DNA of 64,000 bases from a bacterium (GTDB taxonomy: Bacteria; Krumholzibacteriota; Krumholzibacteriia; LZORAL124-64-63): assembly GCA_031441465.1 (NCBI GenBank), contig JANOEP010000054.1, forward strand, positions 34,967 to 98,966, in the 5' to 3' direction. A model generated the notes under the pieces. That model saw nothing but the letters and a program-made list of their open reading frames with translations, had not been told where the DNA came from and searched no databases. A program made the position numbers and the translations under genes. Positions 55,475 to 64,000 of the stretch are shown here, piece after piece (the stretch's first letter is position 1; each line of letters begins with the position of its first letter).

Positions 55475-56413
55475 ATGACCCCGAAGATCCACCGCGCGAT
55501 CGTGATCGGCTCCGGCCCGGCCGGCTACACGGCGGCCCTCTACCTCAGCCGCGCCAACATCCCGCCCCTGGTCTTCGAGGGCCTTCAGCCGGGCGGCCAG
55601 CTGACGATCACGACCGAGGTGGAAAATTTTCCCGGCTTCCCCGAGGGGATCCAGGGACCCGAACTCACCGACAAGTTCCGCGAGCAGGCCAAGCGCTTCG
55701 GCGCCGAGATCGTCGGCCGCACCGTGGCGTCGGTCGACCTCTCGGCGCGCCCCTTCCGGGTCACCGCCGACGGCGAAGAGTACCTCGCCCACGCCCTGGT
55801 CATCGCCACCGGCTCGTCGGCGCGCTGGCTCGGCCTGCCCGGCGAGGAGAGCTTCCACGGCAAGGGCCTCAGCGCGTGCGCGACCTGCGACGGCTTCTTC
55901 TTCCGCGGCCAGGAGATCGCCGTGGTCGGCGGCGGCGACACCGCGCTGGAGGAGGCCATCTTCCTGACGAACTTCGCCGCGAAGGTCACGGTCGTCCACC
56001 GCCGCGGCGAGCTGCGCGGCAGCAAGATCATGGCCGACCGGGCCCTCAAGCACCCGAAGATCGCCTTCGCCTGGCACAAGACCGTCAAGCGGATGGTCGG
56101 CGGCGAGAACGGCCTGCTGCAGAAATTGGTCCTCGCCGACGCTCAGGGCGGCCCGGACACCGAACTCGCGGTCACCGGCTGTTTCATCGCCATCGGCCAC
56201 GTCCCCAACGCCGCCTTCCTGGCCGGCCAGCTCCCGACCGACGCGAACGGCTACCTGCTGACGGTGCCCGGCCGTACCGCCACCGGAGTCCCCGGCGTCT
56301 GGGCCTGCGGCGACGTCCAGGACCACGTCTACCGCCAAGCCATCACCGCCGCCGGTTCCGGCTGCATGGCCGCCATCGAGTGCGAACGCTGGTTAGGCGA
56401 ACAAGGCTTGTAG
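55475..56413 (+). CDS. trxB: Thioredoxin-disulfide reductase
   Basis: IGSGPAGYTAA, GGQLTITTEVENFPG, CATCDG, GGGDTALEEA, YRQAITAAGSGC; GGAGG RBS. Confidence 0.97.
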   Translation: MTPKIHRAIVIGSGPAGYTAALYLSRANIPPLVFEGLQPGGQLTITTEVENFPGFPEGIQGPELTDKFREQAKRFGAEIVGRTVASVDLSARPFRVTADGEEYLAHALVIATGSSARWLGLPGEESFHGKGLSACATCDGFFFRGQEIAVVGGGDTALEEAIFLTNFAAKVTVVHRRGELRGSKIMADRALKHPKIAFAWHKTVKRMVGGENGLLQKLVLADAQGGPDTELAVTGCFIAIGHVPNAAFLAGQLPTDANGYLLTVPGRTATGVPGVWACGDVQDHVYRQAITAAGSGCMAAIECERWLGEQGL

Positions 56414-56432
56414 CCTCTGCCGGTAAGCCGGC

Positions 56433-56584
56433 GGAACTAGCCTCACAGAGGCGCGCTTCGGGCGGCGTCACCGAAGTGAGCCGAGAACGAAGCGAAAGGG
56501 CCGGTCCGCAGCGGACCGGCCCTTTCGCTTCGGTGGAGGCGAACGGAGGCGCCGCCCGAAGCGCGCCTCTGTGAGGCTAGTTCC
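56433..56584. repeat. 152-bp nested palindromic element (MITE/REP-like)
   Basis: Perfect 35-bp terminal inverted repeats (56433-56467 / 56550-56584) with CTAG near each end; inner perfect 22-bp inverted repeat (56488-56509 / 56511-56532). Confidence 0.85.
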
Positions 56585-57131
56585 AGGGCTTCTCCTGGAT
56601 CAGGGTCAGGAATTCGCTCCTGGTTTTGGAGTCGTCCTTGAAGACGCCGACCATCTCGCTGGTCACCGCGAAGGAGTTCTGGCGCTTGATGCCGCGCATC
56701 ATCATGCACAGGTGCTGGGCGTGCAGGACGACGGCCACGCCCTGGGCGTCGAGGTTGCGCTGGAGGCAATGGGCGATCTGCGAGGTCATGCGCTCCTGGA
56801 CTTGCAACCTGCGCGAATAGGCCTCGACCACCCGGGCGATCTTGGACAGCCCGACGATCTTCTTGCCGGGGATGTAAGCCACGTGCGCCTTGCCGAAGAA
56901 CGGCAGCAGGTGATGCTCGCACATGCTGAAGAAGTCGATGTCGTTGATCACGATCATCTCGTGGCCCTCGGCCTCGAACAGGGCCTGGCGCACCATGGCG
57001 TCGGGATCCTGGTGGTAGCCGTCGGTGATCTCGATCCAGGCCTTCGCCACGCGTTCGGGGGTCTTGAGCAGGCCCTCGCGCTGCGGGTCTTCGCCGATGT
57101 GTTCCAGGATCCCGCGGATCAGCGCTTCCAT
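56577..57131 (-). CDS. folE: GTP cyclohydrolase I
   Basis: [45 protein letters not shown]; start may extend to TTG 57194. Confidence 0.96.
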   Translation of the reverse strand: MEALIRGILEHIGEDPQREGLLKTPERVAKAWIEITDGYHQDPDAMVRQALFEAEGHEMIVINDIDFFSMCEHHLLPFFGKAHVAYIPGKKIVGLSKIARVVEAYSRRLQVQERMTSQIAHCLQRNLDAQGVAVVLHAQHLCMMMRGIKRQNSFAVTSEMVGVFKDDSKTRSEFLTLIQEKPWN

Positions 57132-57252
57132 ATCCGGCTTCCCTTCGGCTGTGTGTGCGGCGGGTGCGCCGCGTGCGGCCCACGATAGACTCAAGCCCGG
57201 CCGGGGTCAAGCCAGCCGGACGGCGTCTCGTGGATTCCTGCTCGTACAGCGA

Positions 57253-60200
57253 TCACGCCCTCTCCCGCCGCCCCCACTTCATGAACAGGGCGGGGACCAC
57301 AACGAGGTTGAGGAACGTGGCGGTGACCAGACCACCCAGGATCACGATGGCCATGGGCGATTCCAGCTCGGATCCCGGCTTATCCCCGGCGAGTGCCAGG
57401 GGGACGAGGGCCAGGCCTGCCGTCATCGCCGTCATGAGGATGGGGCTCATGCGCTCCAGCGAACCCTGGATGACGGCTTCCCGCAGCGGCTTCCCTTCGG
57501 CGTCCATGAGGTGGTTGTAGTGCGAGACCATCAGGATCCCGTTGCGGACCGCGATGCCGAACAGGGTGATGAAACCGACCAACGTCGCGATCGAAATGAT
57601 GCCGTCAGTCAGGAAGATGCTCACGATGCCGCCGATGAGCGCCAGCGGCAGATTGACCAGGACCAGGATCGCCTGGCGGAAATTGCCGAACTCGAGGTAC
57701 AGGGCGACGATGATCGCGATGAGCGAGACGAGGCTCAGCAGTGCCATTGTGCGAGTGGCGCGCTCCTCGCTCTCGAACTGACCACCGAACTCGACGAAGT
57801 AGCCCGGCGGCAGTTCGACGTTGCCGTCGATCCTCCCGCGGATCTCCTCGACCGCGCCCCTCAGGTCCCGCCCGGCCACATTGGCCTGGATGACGATCTT
57901 GCGCTGCACGTTTTCCCGGCTGATGTAGTTCGGACCGCGATCGACGCGGATATCGGCGACCATCTCGAGCGGGATGGGGCCGCCGTCCGGGGTGTCGATG
58001 AGCGTCTTGCGGATGGACTCCAGGTCGCGGCGGAACTGCGGCGCGAAACGCACGACCAAGTCGTAACGCCGGTCGCCCTGGTAAACCTGCGAGGTCTTGG
58101 CGCCAAGGAACGCAACGTCGATCAGTTCGTCCAGATCGGCCGGCCGCAGCCCGTACATGGCCATGCGCTCGCGGTCGGCCTGGATCCTCACCTGCGGCAC
58201 ATCGGTCTGCTGGTCGACGAAGAGATCGACGAGGCCATCGACCTCGGCCATCTCCAGCCGGATATCCTCGGCGACCTTCCTCAGTTCGTAGAGATCGGCG
58301 CCGTACAGCTTGACGGCGATGGCGGCCCGCGTGCCCGAGAGCATGTGGTCGATGCGGTGGGAGATCGGCTGGCCGATGGTGATGTTCGTGCCCTGGACCA
58401 GCGTCAACTCGCGGCGCAGTTCCCCCAGGACCTCGGCTTTCGACTTCCGGGACAGGTCGAGCCGGACCTCGAGTTCGTGGGCGTGCGAGCCCAGGGAATG
58501 CTCGTCCAGTTCGGTACGGCCGGTCCGGCGGGCCGTCGACACCACAGCGTCGTTGGCCAGCAGGATCGACTCGACCATCCTGCCTAGCTCGTCCGATTCC
58601 TGCAGCGAGGTCCCCGGGAGGGTGGCCATCGAAACGTTGAACGTGCCTTCGTTGAATTCTGGCAGGAACGCCCGGCCGAAGAAGGGCAGGACCGCCAGCG
58701 CCGCGACGACCAGGACGGCCGACGCACCGATGACGACGCCGCGATGGCACAGGACGTACTGCAGGCTCGGCTCGTAGACGGCCTTCAGACGCCGGACGAG
58801 CCAGCTCTCCCGGCTCTTCTCGTCGTGCGAGACTCCGCGCAGCAGGAACGAACTGAGAGCCGGCGTCACGGTCAGCGCGACCAGCAGCGAGGCCAGGATC
58901 GACACCACGTAGGCAAAGCCCAGGGGTTTCAGCAGGCGCCCCTCGATGCCGCCCAGAAAGAACAGCGGGATGAAAACCACGATGATGATGAAAGTCGCCA
59001 TCGTGATGGGCGAGCGGATTTCGCTCGACGCCGCGGCGACGACGTCGTCGAACGGCAGGCGCTCCGGGGCCGGACGGCCGGCGTTCTGGCGGATCCGGCG
59101 GTAGACGTTTTCGACGTAGATGATCGCGTCGTCGACAAGCACGCCGATGGCGATGGCCATGCCGCCGAGGGTCATGGTGTTGACCGAGAACCCGAATACC
59201 CGCATGGCTAGGAAGGCGATCACCAGGGACAGCGGGATCGCCAGGACCGAGATAAGGGTCGTGCGGAAGTTGAGCAGGAACAGGAACAGGATGATCATGA
59301 CCAGGATCGCCCCGTCGCGCAGGGCCACGATCACGTTGTCTACCGCCACCTTGATGAAATCCGCCTGCCGGAAGATCTCGGTGTGCAGGGTGACGTCGGA
59401 CGGCAGGGATCCCTTCATCCGGTCCAGCGTCGTCAGGATCTCGTCGGTCAGCTCGAGGGTGTTCGCTTCCGGCTGCTTGGCTACCACCAGCAGGACGCCG
59501 TCCTCGTTGCTGATCGAGGCGGTCCCGAGTTTGAATGCCGGGGCCACCGTGACCGTCGCCACGTCCTTGACCAGGACGGGAATCCGGTTCCGGACGCCGA
59601 CAACCGTCCGTTCGATGTCCTGCGCATGGCGAACGCGTCCCAGCCCGCGGATCAGGTATTCCTGACCGGCATCGACGAAGACGCCGCCCGTGGCGTTGAG
59701 GTTCGACTCGGCGACGGCCTTCAGGACGTGGTCCAGCGTCAGCCCGCGGGCGGCGACCTGATAGGGATCGACCTGGACCTGGAACTGCCGGGTCTCGCCA
59801 CCGTAGACGAGCACCTGAGACACGCCCGGCACCGACTGGATCCGCCTGGCCACCGTGAAGTCGGCCAGCGCGCGCAGTTCCATCGGGGGCGTCACGGTGG
59901 CCGTCAACCCCACGAGCATGATCTCACCCATGATCGAGGTGATCGGCGCCAGCACCGGCGGGTCCACGCCTTCGGGCAGGGAGTTGCGCACGGCCTGCAA
60001 CTTCTCGTTGACGATCTGCCGCGCGATATAGATGTCCGTTCCCCAGTCGAATTCGACCCACACCGTCGACAGCCCCTGGATCGAGTTCGAGCGTACGCGC
60101 CGGACGCCGGAAGCACCGTTGACGGCGGTCTCGATGGGGAAAGTGACGAGCTTCTCGACCTCCTCGGGCGCCATGCCGTGGGCCTCGATCATGATCGAGA

Positions 60201-60339
60201 CCGTGGGTGCGGTCAGGTCCGGGAAGACGTCGATGGGCATGTCGAGCGTGACGTACGCCCCGGCCACGAAGACCGCCAGGGCCCCGAGCAGGACGATTAG
60301 GCGGTTGCGCAGACTTGTCTGCATCAGCTTGTCGAACAT
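57253..60339 (-). CDS. Heavy-metal efflux RND permease (CusA/CzcA family)
   Basis: IDVFPDL, PEEVEKLVTFPIE, TM4 GGMAIAIGVLVDDAIIYVEN, FLPEFNEG, RMSPILMTA. Confidence 0.95.
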   Translation of the reverse strand: MFDKLMQTSLRNRLIVLLGALAVFVAGAYVTLDMPIDVFPDLTAPTVSIMIEAHGMAPEEVEKLVTFPIETAVNGASGVRRVRSNSIQGLSTVWVEFDWGTDIYIARQIVNEKLQAVRNSLPEGVDPPVLAPITSIMGEIMLVGLTATVTPPMELRALADFTVARRIQSVPGVSQVLVYGGETRQFQVQVDPYQVAARGLTLDHVLKAVAESNLNATGGVFVDAGQEYLIRGLGRVRHAQDIERTVVGVRNRIPVLVKDVATVTVAPAFKLGTASISNEDGVLLVVAKQPEANTLELTDEILTTLDRMKGSLPSDVTLHTEIFRQADFIKVAVDNVIVALRDGAILVMIILFLFLLNFRTTLISVLAIPLSLVIAFLAMRVFGFSVNTMTLGGMAIAIGVLVDDAIIYVENVYRRIRQNAGRPAPERLPFDDVVAAASSEIRSPITMATFIIIVVFIPLFFLGGIEGRLLKPLGFAYVVSILASLLVALTVTPALSSFLLRGVSHDEKSRESWLVRRLKAVYEPSLQYVLCHRGVVIGASAVLVVAALAVLPFFGRAFLPEFNEGTFNVSMATLPGTSLQESDELGRMVESILLANDAVVSTARRTGRTELDEHSLGSHAHELEVRLDLSRKSKAEVLGELRRELTLVQGTNITIGQPISHRIDHMLSGTRAAIAVKLYGADLYELRKVAEDIRLEMAEVDGLVDLFVDQQTDVPQVRIQADRERMAMYGLRPADLDELIDVAFLGAKTSQVYQGDRRYDLVVRFAPQFRRDLESIRKTLIDTPDGGPIPLEMVADIRVDRGPNYISRENVQRKIVIQANVAGRDLRGAVEEIRGRIDGNVELPPGYFVEFGGQFESEERATRTMALLSLVSLIAIIVALYLEFGNFRQAILVLVNLPLALIGGIVSIFLTDGIISIATLVGFITLFGIAVRNGILMVSHYNHLMDAEGKPLREAVIQGSLERMSPILMTAMTAGLALVPLALAGDKPGSELESPMAIVILGGLVTATFLNLVVVPALFMKWGRRERA

Positions 60340-60370
60340 CGTTCAGCCTTTCCTTTCACCGGCGCGCCGG

Positions 60371-61888
60371 TCAGTGTGCGTGGCCGTGACCGATCTCCGT
60401 CGAAGTCGAGGCGAGTTTCACGTGGTAGCCGCCTCGGGTGACGACGCGCTCTCCGGGTCGGACGCCGTCCAGGATGCTCACCCAACCGGCGTGGTGTGGG
60501 CCGACCTTGACGACCCGCTTGGCGAACGACTCCCCGCCTTCCTGGACGAAGACCACATCGAGTCCCTCGTCCTCGTAGACGGCCGAGCGCGGCACGGCCG
60601 GGGCCTGGGCCCCCTCGCTTCCGTAGAGTTCGACCGGCGTGGATTCGTTGATGGTCAGCCGCCCCGCCGCGTTGGTGACCTCGATCAGAACGGGGATGGT
60701 GCGCGTCGCCGGGTCCAGGGCGCCGCCGCTCGATAGGATCCTCATCCCGGATTCGGGGATCTCCCACCCGCCGTCATCGCCGCCGGCATGAACGAAGGCG
60801 CCGATGGGCGAGCCGAGAGTGCGGAAGTCGCTCTCGTAGACGTTGACCTTGAGCCAGACTGTACCCGGGTCGGCGATCGCCATCAGCTTGTCGCCGGCCC
60901 GCAGAATCTGGCCGGGACGGACCTGCCAGTCGATGACCTGGCCGCTGATGGGCGCGGTCAGGTTCAGGACGCCGTCGGTGCCGCCGCCGGCCAGCCGCTG
61001 GTGCCCGGCCTTGCGGGTCAGGTATTCGTTCTGCGCCTCCTCGAATTCGCGCACGGAGATGGCGTCCTGCACCCGCAGCCGCCCGGCGCGTTCGTAATCC
61101 CGCTCCGCCTGGGCCAGGGCCAGCTGGGACGCCGCCCAGCCGGCGCCCTGCAGCGGCGGCGCGATCCGGGCTACGACAGCTCCCCTGGCGACGCGGGAGC
61201 CGGGCAGCGCCAGAACGCCGGCGTCTCCGGCCTGGATGACGCCGTCGACGGGTGCGACGATTTCCGCGTAGGCCGCCGGCGACGGCAGCACTTCACCGAT
61301 CGCCCAGGCGGCCCGCTTGATCTCGCGCATCGCAGCCGGTGAGGTCGCGAAGGGGATTTTCCACTGCTGCTCCTTGAGGAAGACGATCCCGCCGGCCGCC
61401 TCCTCGCCGGCTGTGGCCGGGATGTCGCCGACCCTCGCGTACACGACGAAATTCTGGATTCGGAACGTGCCGGCGGCGTCGGAACCGCGGTAGCTCAGGT
61501 CAAACTCGTAGGCTCCCGCCAGGGACAGGCTCACGGTCGGCGTGAAGATCCCCTCGCGCAGCAGCTCGTCGGACACGACTTCCTGCCGGATCCCGTCGGG
61601 CCCGCGGAAACCCAGCGTGACGACGCCGTCCCGCACCGGCTGGAAGCCGTCCAGGATCGTCAAGTGGATGACGAAGCGGCCGTCGAGGCCGGCGGCGAGC
61701 ACCGGATGCTCCATGAACAGTTCCATGGATTCCGTCCACTGCGTGACTTCGACGTTGGTCGCCTCGGTGTCGTGGGTTGTGCCCAGGGCCGTGCCGGGCT
61801 CCCGGTCTTGCTTCAGCGCATTCATGGCCAAGACTAGGGCGGCCAGGACCGCGAGTGGCGCGAGAACGAGGTACAGGGTTCGCTTCAT
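60371..61888 (-). CDS. RND periplasmic adaptor (membrane fusion protein) with N-terminal extension
   Basis: N-terminal TM, EIVAPVDG, LTAPISG, LDPATRT, AVPRSAV, GERVVTRG, C-terminal GHGHAH. Confidence 0.92.
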   Translation of the reverse strand: MKRTLYLVLAPLAVLAALVLAMNALKQDREPGTALGTTHDTEATNVEVTQWTESMELFMEHPVLAAGLDGRFVIHLTILDGFQPVRDGVVTLGFRGPDGIRQEVVSDELLREGIFTPTVSLSLAGAYEFDLSYRGSDAAGTFRIQNFVVYARVGDIPATAGEEAAGGIVFLKEQQWKIPFATSPAAMREIKRAAWAIGEVLPSPAAYAEIVAPVDGVIQAGDAGVLALPGSRVARGAVVARIAPPLQGAGWAASQLALAQAERDYERAGRLRVQDAISVREFEEAQNEYLTRKAGHQRLAGGGTDGVLNLTAPISGQVIDWQVRPGQILRAGDKLMAIADPGTVWLKVNVYESDFRTLGSPIGAFVHAGGDDGGWEIPESGMRILSSGGALDPATRTIPVLIEVTNAAGRLTINESTPVELYGSEGAQAPAVPRSAVYEDEGLDVVFVQEGGESFAKRVVKVGPHHAGWVSILDGVRPGERVVTRGGYHVKLASTSTEIGHGHAH

Positions 61889-61897
61889 GACGTGCTC

Positions 61898-63160
61898 CTA
61901 AGGCGCGAAGTGGACGATCGTGAGACCCGTGATGGCTTCGAGCCGGAAGATATTTAGGTAGTAGGCGACCAGTTCCTCGTGGTGGTCCTCCAGGGCCGCC
62001 GATTCGAGCTGGATCGCATTGACCAGCGTGCTGAGGTCGAGCGAACCCTCCCGGTATGCCGACAGCAGCGTGCCGGTCAGGGACGGGCGCCGGTCGAGGC
62101 TCGCGGCGAACTCCGCCAGTGATGGCTGGGCCGCCCTGATGGCGCCGACCAGCGCAGTGATTTCCTCCCGGGTGCGGGCCAGATCGATGGCCAACTGGCT
62201 CTCGACGATCAGCTTCTCGGCTTCGAGCTGCCTGGCGGACCCGGCCCGGCGACCAAAGAACGGCAGGTCCAATGCGACGCCGGCCACGACACCGTCGAGT
62301 CCCGTCTCGAAGCGTTTGAAACCACCGAAGACATCGATTCCTGGCACGAGTCCGGGGCGGGCCGCTGCCGCTTGACTACCCAACGCCTTGCCGAGGGTCG
62401 TCTGGGCCAGGGTGCTTGGGCGCTGGGATAGCACGGCTGCATAGTCGGCAGCATCGGCCAGCTCGAAGGGCAGGAAGGAGACATGTGTGACGAGTTCGAC
62501 CGCAACGTCGGCGGGCAGGCCCATCTCGGCGCGCCAGGAGGAGGCCTGCCGGCGCTGTTCCTGCAGGACCCGTCGGCTGTCCGCATCGATGGAGTAGGCT
62601 GCCAGTTGGATCAACTGCCGGTCCACGCCCGACAACACGCCCTCGGCGTGCCTGCTGCCGGCGACTTCCGTCGCCAGGTCCACCAACTCGGCGAGTTCGG
62701 CCAGACGATCGCTGTGGCTCTCGAGGAGTCGGAGCCGCACGTAACCGGCTCTCAACTCCGTCAGGAACAGCGCGGCTTCCTGGCTTCCGCGGAGTTCCGC
62801 CGCACGGACCCTGCCGTCCCAGCCGTCCCTCAGACGGGACTGGGCGAACGGCGCCTCGAACCGCTTGTGCAGTCTGAATTGCCATTCGCGAAAATCTCCG
62901 GATTCCTCGCGGTCGTACGCCAAAACCGGGTTGGACCACTGCAGGGCGCGGTCACGCTCGGCGGCGGCGGCCGCTATACGTTGGGCGATGATCTGCGCGC
63001 GCAGGCCGTTGGCGCGGGCGCGGGTATCGATCTCGTCGAATCGAAGCGGGTCGTCGTTCGCCTGCGCCGGCGAGACCAGGCGCGATCCCGGCATCCCCGA
63101 CAGGAGGATCCCCAGGGCAAAAAGCATGACGACGACCAACCGGTCGGCACGGTGCAACAT
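61898..63160 (-). CDS. TolC-family outer membrane efflux protein (CzcC-like)
   Basis: Signal peptide, NPVL, helical repeats, LDLPFF, AYREG; immediately upstream of the MFP and RND genes. Confidence 0.82.
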   Translation of the reverse strand: MLHRADRLVVVMLFALGILLSGMPGSRLVSPAQANDDPLRFDEIDTRARANGLRAQIIAQRIAAAAAERDRALQWSNPVLAYDREESGDFREWQFRLHKRFEAPFAQSRLRDGWDGRVRAAELRGSQEAALFLTELRAGYVRLRLLESHSDRLAELAELVDLATEVAGSRHAEGVLSGVDRQLIQLAAYSIDADSRRVLQEQRRQASSWRAEMGLPADVAVELVTHVSFLPFELADAADYAAVLSQRPSTLAQTTLGKALGSQAAAARPGLVPGIDVFGGFKRFETGLDGVVAGVALDLPFFGRRAGSARQLEAEKLIVESQLAIDLARTREEITALVGAIRAAQPSLAEFAASLDRRPSLTGTLLSAYREGSLDLSTLVNAIQLESAALEDHHEELVAYYLNIFRLEAITGLTIVHFAP

Positions 63161-63216
63161 ACACTAGTCCTTTTCAGGCTTGCGATTGAAGAACGTGAAC
63201 GGGTAAAAAGGGCTGG

Positions 63217-63636
63217 TCAGCCCTGGCAGGGAGGCGCGCGGGGACGGACAACGATCAAGAGTGGCGATTTCGGCGGCGATTCCGCCGACGCGGGTACGCC
63301 GCGCCAGCATACCCTAGCGGGGATTCCCGGCTCGGCGTGAACGACCTCGAACTCTGGGGCTTGTCTGCGGCCCGATTCCCGGTCAAGCAACCGGGGGAAA
63401 TGGAAATCGAGATGCTGCATCAGGGCATGATGATGGTGCGGGGCTTCCGGAAGATCGGGCTCGTGATCCCCATGCCCATGTGAAACGACTTCCTGCTGGA
63501 TCGGCGCTTCACGAGAAGAGGCATGATCGTGGAAATCGTGAGCGTGTGGCACGAGCTGCAATAGATAGATGAGCGGCAGGATCAACATTGGACCCAGCCC
63601 CAACCAACGGCCGACTTTACGATCGCGCATCGACAT
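63217..63636 (-). CDS. His-rich small membrane-anchored/periplasmic protein (CzcI-like position)
   Basis: One hydrophobic segment, HAHDFHDH, HGHGDH, HHHHA, C-terminal PRAPP; first gene of the efflux cassette. Confidence 0.6.
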   Translation of the reverse strand: MSMRDRKVGRWLGLGPMLILPLIYLLQLVPHAHDFHDHASSREAPIQQEVVSHGHGDHEPDLPEAPHHHHALMQHLDFHFPRLLDRESGRRQAPEFEVVHAEPGIPARVCWRGVPASAESPPKSPLLIVVRPRAPPCQG

Positions 63637-63644
63637 GATCCTGT

Positions 63645-63673
63645 ATGGTAGCGGCAATCAACCAGGAAGGCAA
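63645..63673 (-). promoter_or_regulatory. Putative sigma70 promoter of metal-efflux cassette
   Basis: TTGCCT-N17-TACCAT ending 8 nt before ATG 63636. Confidence 0.5.
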
Positions 63674-64000
63674 GCCGCAGGAGAACAACGCCATCGACCG
63701 GCACGGGCACATGCTTTGCATCCACGAGTCATGCAGATCCCACGACCCGGCGGAAGGGCCGCGTCCGACCACCGAACGACAGGCACGTCGGCGCACGTCC
63801 GGAGACCGTCCCCCCCCAAGACGGGCGGGCGCACCCGGTGCAGGAAACGGCCCTTCCGCCGACCACCCCCCCCCCCCCCCCCCCCAAGCGGTGCCGCATA
63901 CAAATTAAAAAACGTAGGGGGGGTGGCCTAAAAAACAAATAGCCCTTATTTAGCGGGGGCAAAACCGAATATTTTGTTTTTGTACCCCAAAAAAAGGGCC

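Noticed and set aside
63862..64000. Long poly-C run followed by AT-rich homopolymeric sequence and short ORFs
   Set aside because: Abrupt compositional break with homopolymers is typical of a degraded read or contig end; treated as artefact

Overview
High-GC diderm bacterial chromosomal segment, almost entirely housekeeping and mostly on the minus strand. The gene content (SprA-like giant beta-barrel, HprK plus mannose-type PTS inside the rpoN operon, split gcvP, Kdo/Lpt genes) suggests a non-Bacteroidota FCB-superphylum lineage such as Krumholzibacteriota/Latescibacterota; this placement is inference. Left to right: gcvPA (partial), gcvH, gcvT, uvrA, exported cyclophilin, OmpA/MotB lipoprotein, M16 peptidase, pnp, rpsO, cysC, rfbC, rfbA, ribF, truB, an RbfA-DHH fusion, infB, L7Ae-like, nusA, rimP, M28/glutaminyl-cyclase-like, sprA, lptF, lptG, PKD/LTD lipoprotein, metK, sugar nucleotidyltransferase, PGI/PMI, ptsI, ptsH, EIID/C/B/A(Man), hprK, hpf, rpoN, lptB, lptC, lipid A acyltransferase, kdsD, kdsC, kdsA, pyrG, kdsB, rpmA, rplU, S8 protease, trxB, a 152-bp palindromic element, folE, and a heavy-metal RND efflux cassette with a His-rich first ORF. 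The last ~140 bp look like low-quality sequence. Most notable: the in-frame RbfA::NrnA-like (DHH/DHHA1) fusion; a SprA translocon homolog overlapping a glutaminyl-cyclase-like gene with no other T9SS genes nearby; the CTAG-ended palindrome that supplies the folE stop codon; a sigma54 site upstream of the operon containing rpoN; and structured 5' leaders (rimP, rpsO, pnp, rplU). No tRNA, rRNA, CRISPR or transposase was seen. All calls come from reading motifs by eye; no searches were run.
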